From contig NC_010546.1 of NCBI RefSeq assembly GCF_000017845.1, forward strand, positions 3,990,001-4,022,000: 32,000 nt of DNA, given 5' to 3'. Source of the stretch: Crocosphaera subtropica ATCC 51142. GTDB lineage: Bacteria > Cyanobacteriota > Cyanobacteriia > Cyanobacteriales > Microcystaceae. The notes beneath the pieces were generated by a model. It had not been told where the DNA came from. It worked only from the letters and a program-made list of their open reading frames with translations, and made no database searches. Shown one piece after another: positions 24,842 through 32,000 of this stretch. Numbering within the stretch: the stretch's first letter is position 1; every line of letters starts with the position of its first letter. A program made the position numbers and the translations under genes.

Positions 24842-24874
24842 AGGGGTTAACAATTATGTTAATCCCTTATTTTA
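24842..24874 (+). terminator. Rho-independent terminator candidate for cysE
   Basis: A 10-bp stem, aggggttaac / gttaatccct (one G-U pair), a 6-nt loop, then tattttatt. Confidence 0.45.
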
Positions 24875-26356
24875 TTGGGAGGTTATTCCCATCATTAATA
24901 AACCTATTTTTTGGATATCAGTATTAGGATTAATGATATCCATAAACTGTCCTCGGTAAATAATAGCCAAGCGATCGCTCATTTTTCTTACTTCTTCTAA
25001 TTCGGTGGAAATATATAAAATAGCAGCCCCATTTTCCCTTGCTTCTAAGAGTTGTTTTTGTATATATTCCGTCGCAGCAATATCGAGTCCCCTGGTGGGT
25101 TGCATCGCTATAATTAACTGGGGATTATTGGCTAATTCACGGGCTAAAATAATTTTTTGTTGGTTTCCTCCTGATAGTTTTCCTACAGTAATATTGGGTT
25201 CAACTCCTCGAATATTAAAGTCATTAATGGCTTCATTTTCTATAGTTTTAATTGATTTTTTTTGTAGCAGTCCCCATTGATTAAAAGGATAAGAATAATA
25301 GTGTTTTAAAATTAAATTTTTACCAATGGTCAAAGAAGAAACTAACCCTGTTGTTTTTCTATCTTCAGGAATATAACCGATAGATAATTGTTTAATAATG
25401 TCTTCTGTTGTCCAGTTAGTGATGTCAATATCTTCATATTGAATTTTACCCTTTTTAGCTTTAATAAAACCCATAATGACTGAGACTAATTCCTGTTGTC
25501 CATTTCCATCTACTCCTGCTATTCCTAAGATTTCCCCTGCTTTGATTTGAAAGGAAATATTATGAATATTATTAACCACTAAATTGTCAACTTTTAAGAT
25601 AGTTTCGGTATAAGATAATGTTGTTTTAATTAAATTAATTGTTTTATGTTCACCGATCATCATATTAGCGAGTTTTTGAGTATTAAAATTTTTATTTTCA
25701 AAGGTATCGATAACTTTTCCTCTTCTTAAAATTGTTATAAAATCACACAATTTAATAACTTCTTCTAATTTATGACTAATAAAAATAATCGTATTCTCTT
25801 CATTAACTAATTGACGTAAAATCTTAAAAAAGTTATCAATTTCAACAGGGGTTAATACTGCGGTGGGTTCATCTAAAATTAACAGTTTTGCCCCACGGTA
25901 TAAGACTTTTAATATTTCGACTCGTTGCTGCATCCCTACTGATATATTTTCTACTTTAGCATCTAAGTTAATTTCTAATTGATAATTATCAATTAATGCT
26001 TGAATTTCTAATTTTTTTTGTTTTAATTTTAGTCTATATTCTCCTTGAGTTCCTAAGATAATATTTTCTAATACAGATAATTGAGGAACTAGCATAAAAT
26101 GTTGATGAATCATGCCAATTCCTTGATCAATAGCACTTTTAGAAGAATTAATTTCAACTAATTTATTATTAATATAAATTTCTCCTTGATCGGGACTATA
26201 TAACCCTGATAAAATATTCATTAATGTGGTTTTTCCTGCGCCATTTTCTCCTAAAATAGCATGAATAGTTCCTTGATTAATGGTTAAGGAAATATTATCA
26301 TTGGCAATAAATGCTCCGAAGCTTTTTGTAATTCCTTTTAAACGTAATTCAACCAT
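24872..26356 (-). CDS. ABC transporter ATP-binding protein with two fused NBDs (sugar/nucleoside-uptake type)
   Basis: 494 aa. It has Walker A GENGAGKTT, an LSVGMQQRVEIL signature and LILDEPT. The second NBD carries LSGGNQQK and a degenerate P-loop (GVDGNGQ). Confidence 0.9.
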   Translation of the reverse strand: MVELRLKGITKSFGAFIANDNISLTINQGTIHAILGENGAGKTTLMNILSGLYSPDQGEIYINNKLVEINSSKSAIDQGIGMIHQHFMLVPQLSVLENIILGTQGEYRLKLKQKKLEIQALIDNYQLEINLDAKVENISVGMQQRVEILKVLYRGAKLLILDEPTAVLTPVEIDNFFKILRQLVNEENTIIFISHKLEEVIKLCDFITILRRGKVIDTFENKNFNTQKLANMMIGEHKTINLIKTTLSYTETILKVDNLVVNNIHNISFQIKAGEILGIAGVDGNGQQELVSVIMGFIKAKKGKIQYEDIDITNWTTEDIIKQLSIGYIPEDRKTTGLVSSLTIGKNLILKHYYSYPFNQWGLLQKKSIKTIENEAINDFNIRGVEPNITVGKLSGGNQQKIILARELANNPQLIIAMQPTRGLDIAATEYIQKQLLEARENGAAILYISTELEEVRKMSDRLAIIYRGQFMDIINPNTDIQKIGLLMMGITSQ

Positions 26357-26460
26357 TTTTATATCTTTAATTGTTATTCCAAGGAAATGGTAAATCTCAT
26401 TAACGCCTTCACTATAATGGATGATAGTGTAATAAAATAATCCATCTTAAATTACCTTAT

Positions 26461-27552
26461 CTAAGAAACAGTTTTATTAACACAAAGGGTTGATTTTCCA
26501 TCTTTTTGACAAGGCTCAAAGGTTATTTTTTTAGTAATGATTTCTTGTTTAACATCATTAATTTTAGCGATCATATCATCAGTAACAACTTCATTAAATT
26601 CTCCTAAATATAAAATATCAGGATAATCCAAACCTAAACTATAAATTTTTCCTTCTAATTCATTTTTGGTCACTAATTCTGCTATATAGTTAATGGCTAA
26701 ATCTAACCGTTTGACAGGGGTGGTTAACACTGCTTCCGGCGCAATATTTAACTGATCAACAGTATTTCCAAAAGCGTAAACTCCCTTTTCTTGTGCGGTT
26801 TGTAAGACAGCAGGAGAGGCATTATCTAACCATTGATACACCACATCTGCACCGGAGGAAATTAAGGCTAAAGTAGCTTCTTTTGCCTTAGCTGCGTCAT
26901 TCCAATCTCCTGTATAACTAGAGGTAATTTTAATGTCAGGATTAATGGATTTTGCCCCTAATTCAAATCCCCTTAATTCTTCATTCGTTGCTTGAAACGA
27001 TTGGGCAGTAATGTAAGCCATTTGATTACTTTTTGTCATCATTGCCCCTAACATTCCACATAGGTAACTTCCTTGTAAATGATCGATGCGTAAAGAGGCT
27101 ATATTTTCCCCTTCTACTGCCCCATTAACTCCGATAAAAAAGGTGTCGGGAAATTGTCTGGCAACCTGTTGAATCGCTGCGTCAAATTGTCCCCCATGAG
27201 CATACACTAAATTATAACCTCGTCGGGCAAAATCTGCTAAGGTTTCTGCTTGATCAGCTTGGGAAACTTGTTCAATATAAGCTATTTCTGCCCCTAGTTT
27301 TTCTTGGGTTAATTTAACGCCTTCGTAACCGGTTTGATTCCAAGCTTTATCTGTTATAATTCCAGGTAAAACAATCGCTATTTTTAAAGGATTTTGGGTT
27401 TCTGTTGTTTTTTGTTCTTCGGTTTGGAAAGTTGGGTTTTCTGAATTTGTCGAAGTTGAATTATCGTTATTTCCACAAGCTTTTAAAACTAAGCTGCCTA
27501 ACAAAGCTGAGGTAAACCCTATAAATTTCCTACGTTTTAATGGTGATTTCAT
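26461..27552 (-). CDS. BMP-family (Med/PnrA-like) ABC substrate-binding lipoprotein
   Basis: A lipoprotein-type signal peptide ends in a cysteine (lipobox-like LVLKAC). Other blocks are IAIVLPGIITDKAWNQTGYEGV and GYNLVYAHGGQF. Confidence 0.9.
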   Translation of the reverse strand: MKSPLKRRKFIGFTSALLGSLVLKACGNNDNSTSTNSENPTFQTEEQKTTETQNPLKIAIVLPGIITDKAWNQTGYEGVKLTQEKLGAEIAYIEQVSQADQAETLADFARRGYNLVYAHGGQFDAAIQQVARQFPDTFFIGVNGAVEGENIASLRIDHLQGSYLCGMLGAMMTKSNQMAYITAQSFQATNEELRGFELGAKSINPDIKITSSYTGDWNDAAKAKEATLALISSGADVVYQWLDNASPAVLQTAQEKGVYAFGNTVDQLNIAPEAVLTTPVKRLDLAINYIAELVTKNELEGKIYSLGLDYPDILYLGEFNEVVTDDMIAKINDVKQEIITKKITFEPCQKDGKSTLCVNKTVS

Positions 27553-27554
27553 TA

Positions 27555-28151
27555 TTAGATTATTGTGCTTAAAATACTACCAATACGTTGCCAAGGAAAG
27601 AAGCGAAAAATAGCATGGCCAATGACATTTTTTTCTGGTAAAAAACCCCAAACATGGGAATCATTACTGTTATTTCGATTATCTCCCATAACGAATAAAT
27701 AACCGTTGGGAACTTCAACAGATTGTAAATTATAATGGGGAGATTCTAAGATATAATCTTCATTAAGAGGTTGATTATTCACATACAGGTTCCCATCTTT
27801 AACAGCAACAGTGTCACCACCTCTAGCAACAATTCTTTTGATAAAAGCTTGCTCTTTTTTATATCCTTGCAGTTGTAGTTGCATGGGAGGTTCAAAAACA
27901 ATAATATCTCCTGGTTTGGGAGGATGAAAATAATAAGAAACTTTTTCAACAACCAAGCGATCGCCTGTTTCTAACGTGGGATACATCGACTCAGAAGGAA
28001 TATATCTGGGTTCGGCTATAAACGTCCTAATAATAACGGCTAAAATAACAGCAATTACTAAAATTTGTACATTTTCCCAAACAGCTTTTAAGGCATTGTT
28101 TTTCTGGCTTGAGACTGAGTTAGATTGTTTTTTTTCTTGATCGATAGTCAT
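27555..28151 (-). CDS. lepB: Signal peptidase I
   Basis: SESMYPTLETGDRLVVEK (catalytic Ser box), KRIVARGGD (Lys box) and GDNRNNSNDSHVWGF. Confidence 0.92.
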   Translation of the reverse strand: MTIDQEKKQSNSVSSQKNNALKAVWENVQILVIAVILAVIIRTFIAEPRYIPSESMYPTLETGDRLVVEKVSYYFHPPKPGDIIVFEPPMQLQLQGYKKEQAFIKRIVARGGDTVAVKDGNLYVNNQPLNEDYILESPHYNLQSVEVPNGYLFVMGDNRNNSNDSHVWGFLPEKNVIGHAIFRFFPWQRIGSILSTII

Positions 28152-28210
28152 AAAAATAATTTGGTTTTCTTTCTGAATTATAACGTTTCTCGAGTCATTA
28201 AGCTATATTT

Positions 28211-29047
28211 TTACTGATTTAGTTGTTTCTTAGCTTGTTGCCAAAGCTTTTCTAAGTCTTCTAAAGAATAATCTGTTAAAGGACGATCAGCAAATTTTTC
28301 CATTTTAGAAAGTCGTTGAATAAACCTTTTATTAGTACCTGACAACGCTTCTGAAGCATCTAAACCATACCATCGGGCTATATTAATAATGGTAAATAAC
28401 AAATCCCCTAATTCTGATTGTTGATGAACTTTATTATCGGTTTCTAATGACTCTTTAAATTCTGTTAATTCTTCGGAAAATTTTTCCCAAACTCCGTCTA
28501 CATTTTCCCATTCAAAACCCGCTTTTGCTGCTTTAACTGATATTTTACTACTGGCCATTAAAGGGGGTAAACTCCGATTATATCTTTCTAGTTTTCGACT
28601 CAATAATTGAGCCATTTCTAGGGTTTCTCCCTTTTCTTCTGCTTTAATCTTATCCCAATTTTGGCGCACTTCTTCGCTATTTTCTACCGCTACATCACCA
28701 AACACATGAGGATGACGACGAATTAATTTTTCTGTGATACCTTCGGCTACTTCTTGTAAGCTAAAATAACCGTAATCTTGGGCTATTTGTGCTTGTAATA
28801 CCACTTGTAGTAATAAGTCGCCTAATTCTTCTACAATCGCTTTTTGATCGTCGCTTCTAATCGCATGAACCACTTCATAGGCTTCTTCTATGACATAGGG
28901 TATCAAAGTTTGGGGAGTTTGGGCGAGATCCCAGGGACATCCCCCGTCAGGCGATCGCAATTTTGCCACCACATCAATAAGATGGTTTAATGCGTCTAAT
29001 ATGGCGTGGTAGGTTTGAGTTTGGCTGGTTTGAGGGTTAGACATCAA
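28211..29047 (-). CDS. mazG: Nucleoside triphosphate pyrophosphohydrolase MazG
   Basis: Tandem MazG domains: CPWDLAQTPQTLIPYVIEEAYEV...EELGDLLLQVV and, in the second domain, ELGDLLFTIINIARWYGLD. Confidence 0.92.
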   Translation of the reverse strand: MMSNPQTSQTQTYHAILDALNHLIDVVAKLRSPDGGCPWDLAQTPQTLIPYVIEEAYEVVHAIRSDDQKAIVEELGDLLLQVVLQAQIAQDYGYFSLQEVAEGITEKLIRRHPHVFGDVAVENSEEVRQNWDKIKAEEKGETLEMAQLLSRKLERYNRSLPPLMASSKISVKAAKAGFEWENVDGVWEKFSEELTEFKESLETDNKVHQQSELGDLLFTIINIARWYGLDASEALSGTNKRFIQRLSKMEKFADRPLTDYSLEDLEKLWQQAKKQLNQ

Positions 29048-29106
29048 TAATAATAATAAAACTCACTTACCTATTGTTAACCAAGTTTGTCTTTTTTTCA
29101 ATCATT

Positions 29107-30231
29107 TTATTTAATTAACTCTGTGGCTTCTTTTACCTTAGCTTTGGCTAACAATAATAATTCTTGTGCCTCATTATAAACAGTGGTTCCTGTTTCTACT
29201 TTTTTCAATTGTTCGATATTTCCTTGCATTTTACTAATAAATAGTTGACGTTGATTTTCTTCAACTCCATTTGCAAATTGTTCTTGTAAGTTTTGAATTT
29301 CATTTTTAGCCATTTCTAAAGCTTCTCCTGATTCTTTTTCGGATTTACTTCGCAATTTAACTATACTAGAATTCATTTCATATTCTGCTAACAATGCTTG
29401 TGTTTCTAGATAACCTAGATCCTCTTGAGAAATAGTTTCTAAGCGACTGATAGCCTTTTGCCAAAGTTGTTGACATTCTTCCCATTTATCAACGGAATGG
29501 GGAGGATTTTTACATAAATTAGTTGCTGATAAAGAAAAGTTTTTTGCTACAGTGATCATGGTGTCAGTTTGTTGGTTTTCTGTCATGCTTCCCGTAACAG
29601 CTTGAAAGTCTCTTTGATAACTTTCTAATTTTGAACTGACTAAACTAGCGGCAAACGTTTGAGGAGGTAATTGTTGTAATTCGTCTAAAGATTGCTGCCA
29701 ACTGGTAATAATGGTTTGCTTTTCTTTAGCTTGGGTTGCTTGTTGATAATTTTGCTTTGCTTGTTGTAAATTAGTTTCTGCTTGCTGATAAGTATTAAAC
29801 GCATTTTTTTGTTGAAAAATAATTGCTTCCATTCTACCTATTGTTTTTCTGGCTGCTTCAAATTCATCGATAGTAAACTGCCAACTACAACTAAACATTT
29901 CACAGTATCTTTTTGGTTCATAACCAATAAACCAAACGGGTAACTTATCTAAATTTTTTTGTGCTAATTTAACCTTTTCTTCCCCTAATTTTATATCATC
30001 AAAACTAGAAACATGATGAATCAGTTGATCTGCTTGTTCCACATGAGCGATCGCTTCTCGATAATGATGATCCATCTCAATATAACTCGGTAATAATAAC
30101 AGGGGAGCAACTTTTGAAACGGGGCGACGTATCATAGGATAAGGTAAGTTTACGAGGGAAATGAGTCCCACTAAACCTGCAGCTGTAACCGTTGTAATAC
30201 CTAAACTCCAAGCAATTAGTTTTAGTTTCAT
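29107..30231 (-). CDS. Hypothetical membrane-anchored coiled-coil protein
   Basis: 374 aa: an N-terminal TM helix (ITTVTAAGLVGLISLV) and then long Q/E/K-rich helical segments. Confidence 0.5.
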   Translation of the reverse strand: MKLKLIAWSLGITTVTAAGLVGLISLVNLPYPMIRRPVSKVAPLLLLPSYIEMDHHYREAIAHVEQADQLIHHVSSFDDIKLGEEKVKLAQKNLDKLPVWFIGYEPKRYCEMFSCSWQFTIDEFEAARKTIGRMEAIIFQQKNAFNTYQQAETNLQQAKQNYQQATQAKEKQTIITSWQQSLDELQQLPPQTFAASLVSSKLESYQRDFQAVTGSMTENQQTDTMITVAKNFSLSATNLCKNPPHSVDKWEECQQLWQKAISRLETISQEDLGYLETQALLAEYEMNSSIVKLRSKSEKESGEALEMAKNEIQNLQEQFANGVEENQRQLFISKMQGNIEQLKKVETGTTVYNEAQELLLLAKAKVKEATELIK

Positions 30232-30326
30232 CTTTGATCATAATTGGTAAACTCATCATTAGTATTCCCAATATTGATGAATTTGCTAAAATTTATCTTT
30301 ATTAATTGATATGTAATTCTTTCATG

Positions 30327-31439
30327 TCACAAAACGGGAAGAGCAATAATATGTAAATCAATCTCTTTAAGATGTCTAATAAGTCGTTGTACAATTGAAC
30401 CTTGAAGGAACAACTTCCAACGAGATTGTTGAGTTTGTCCGATGACAATTTGGGTAATATGATATTGTTTCGCTGTCTCCGCGATCGCTTTGACTACATC
30501 AACATGGGTTATCTGTAAAAATTCTCCTCCGAGTGATTGACATAATTGTTCACACATTTCAAGATAAAGGGTATCATTCTTGCTTAAAAACTGCTCAGGA
30601 TGGGAAACAAATAAGACGTAAAGTCGTCCCTTTAATTGACTGACTAATCTGGCACCCCGACGAATTAAACGGGATGAGTTAGGGTTAGTAGATATTGTAA
30701 CTAAAATGCGTTCTTGAACTCCATTAGAACTTTCCTTTCCCGATTTTTCAGTAGACAATTCTTCAAGATTATCGGCAACTTCTCGTAAAGCTAATTCGCG
30801 CAAGGCAACTAAATTGCGATACTGGAAAAAATTGTTTAAAGACTGTTCTATTTTATGTAAATCGTAGATTTTGCCATCTTGAAGTCTTTCTTGTAAGATT
30901 TCGGGAGTTATATCGACGACAACAACTTCATCTGCTTCATCTAATAATCGATCAGGAATTCGTTCTCTAACACTAATTCCCGTAATTTTTATCACTAAGT
31001 CTTTTAAACTTTCTAAATGCTGAATGTTAACGGTAGAAAAAACGTTTAGCCCCGATTCTAAAAGATATTCTACATCTTGATAGCGTTTTTCGTGCAAAGA
31101 ACCAGGAACATTCGTATGTGCCAATTCATCCACTAAAACAAGTTGAGGTGAACGAGCTAAAATCCCGTCAACATTCATCTCTTTTAGGGATATATTTTGA
31201 TAATTGACTGCTAATAAAGGAATTCTTTCTAATCCTTCTGCTTGTTCTGCGGTTTCTTCTCGATTATGGGTTTCCAGTAACCCGATGACGACATCAGTAC
31301 CTTGTTCTTTGAGCGCTTGAGCATCTTGAAGCATTCGGTAAGTTTTGCCGACACCGGGAGCCATACCGATATAAATTCGGTGTTTTCCTCGATGAGAAAC
31401 TGACAACAAGGATGGAGTTATGTTGTTTTGACTGAGCAT
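30327..31439 (-). CDS. kdpD: Short KdpD: N-terminal KdpD domain plus Usp domain, with no TM or histidine-kinase part
   Basis: GKHRIYIGMAPGVGKTYRMLQDAQALKEQGTDVVIGLLETHNREET (the KdpD N-domain P-loop), and a C-terminal Usp-like fold (RILVTIS...ITQIVIGQ). Confidence 0.85.
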   Translation of the reverse strand: MLSQNNITPSLLSVSHRGKHRIYIGMAPGVGKTYRMLQDAQALKEQGTDVVIGLLETHNREETAEQAEGLERIPLLAVNYQNISLKEMNVDGILARSPQLVLVDELAHTNVPGSLHEKRYQDVEYLLESGLNVFSTVNIQHLESLKDLVIKITGISVRERIPDRLLDEADEVVVVDITPEILQERLQDGKIYDLHKIEQSLNNFFQYRNLVALRELALREVADNLEELSTEKSGKESSNGVQERILVTISTNPNSSRLIRRGARLVSQLKGRLYVLFVSHPEQFLSKNDTLYLEMCEQLCQSLGGEFLQITHVDVVKAIAETAKQYHITQIVIGQTQQSRWKLFLQGSIVQRLIRHLKEIDLHIIALPVL

Positions 31440-31503
31440 ACAATTATAATTAGTTCAAAGAATCAAAGTAAACGTATTTTTTTGAAACTATATTGAGGTT
31501 AGA

Positions 31504-31920
31504 ATGTCTGATTTAGGGTTAACTCATATTGCTTTAGAGGTAACTGATATTGACAAAAGTATTGAATTTTATCAAAAGTATGCCCGTATGAAAATTGTGC
31601 ATCGTCGAGTTGATGAAAAAACTCAAGTTGATGTTGCTTGGATTAGTGATTTAACCCGCCCTTTTGTAATTGTTTTATTAAAAATGCCAAAAATAAAGGG
31701 TAAACTACTTCCACAATCTCATCTAGGTGTTGCCTTAGAAAGTCGAGAAATGGTTGATCTTTATTGTCAGGAAGCTTCAGCAGAAGGACTCTTAATTGAT
31801 GGGCCGAATGATTGGGGGTTTCCTGTTGGTTATTGGGCTTATTTACAAGATCCTGACGGGCATACTTTAGAGATTTCTTTTGGTCAGATGATTAAATTCA
31901 CAGTCGAACAATCCATTTAA
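31504..31920 (+). CDS. VOC-family (glyoxalase/bleomycin-resistance/dioxygenase fold) protein
   Basis: 138 aa: LTHIALEVTDIDKSIEFY... HLGVALES... DPDGHTLEISF, the typical VOC beta-alpha-beta-beta-beta modules. Confidence 0.8.
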   Translation: MSDLGLTHIALEVTDIDKSIEFYQKYARMKIVHRRVDEKTQVDVAWISDLTRPFVIVLLKMPKIKGKLLPQSHLGVALESREMVDLYCQEASAEGLLIDGPNDWGFPVGYWAYLQDPDGHTLEISFGQMIKFTVEQSI

Positions 31921-32000
31921 TAAACTATCTTAAGTTTTTAATTTTTGGAGACTGTTTATAAATAGAATCTTAAGACGGTAGGGTGGGCAAATTAAAGACT

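Noticed and set aside
25005-25280. ORF 25005-25280 (+); also ORF 30077-30271 (-) and IS-internal ORFs 12586-12795, 12746-12943 and 13718-13918
   Set aside because: They are antisense or alternative-frame shadows of the ABC ATPase, the 374-aa gene, the IS630 transposase and the porin pseudogene respectively.
31979-31990. Fourth copy of the GGTGGGCAATGCCCACC palindrome after the VOC gene
   Set aside because: Only the left arm (tagggtgggcaa) is present. The following bases (attaaagact) do not complete the palindrome, and the window ends at 32000.

Overview
The window looks like a cyanobacterial chromosome segment: it is AT-rich and carries at least a dozen copies of the HIP1 octamer GCGATCGC. 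It splits into two parts.

Bases ~830-14000 are a heavily rearranged accessory mosaic. They hold two ~780-aa AtsA-type arylsulfatase paralogs. There are three IS630-family insertions (two identical inverted copies of one element, one full copy of a second) plus a 278-bp fragment of the second element. Seven copies or fragments of a nested-palindrome MITE-like repeat are also present. A RelE/ParE-type toxin gene has its antitoxin split by one of the IS copies. An SLH/OprB porin gene is destroyed by several lesions, and several small gene remnants are visible.

Bases ~14000-32000 are ordinary, tightly packed genes: MarC-like protein, a third (CxAxR-type) sulfatase, YqhA-like protein, a beta-barrel/coiled-coil protein cluster, an SDR, MgtC, MscS, cysE, BMP-family ABC components, lepB, mazG, a short KdpD and a VOC protein. 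A tandem DUF202 pair sits at the left edge.

I found no rRNA, tRNA or CRISPR array. The non-genic signals most worth a second look are:
- a strictly phased 6 x 21-bp repeat array and a heptamer tandem repeat upstream of sulfatase 2;
- a 17-nt palindrome directly 3' of all three sulfatase genes;
- poly-A recoding sites in both IS630 elements;
- the IS-split antitoxin, which can be rebuilt exactly in frame.

No sulfatase maturase (FGE or anSME) is encoded in the window.
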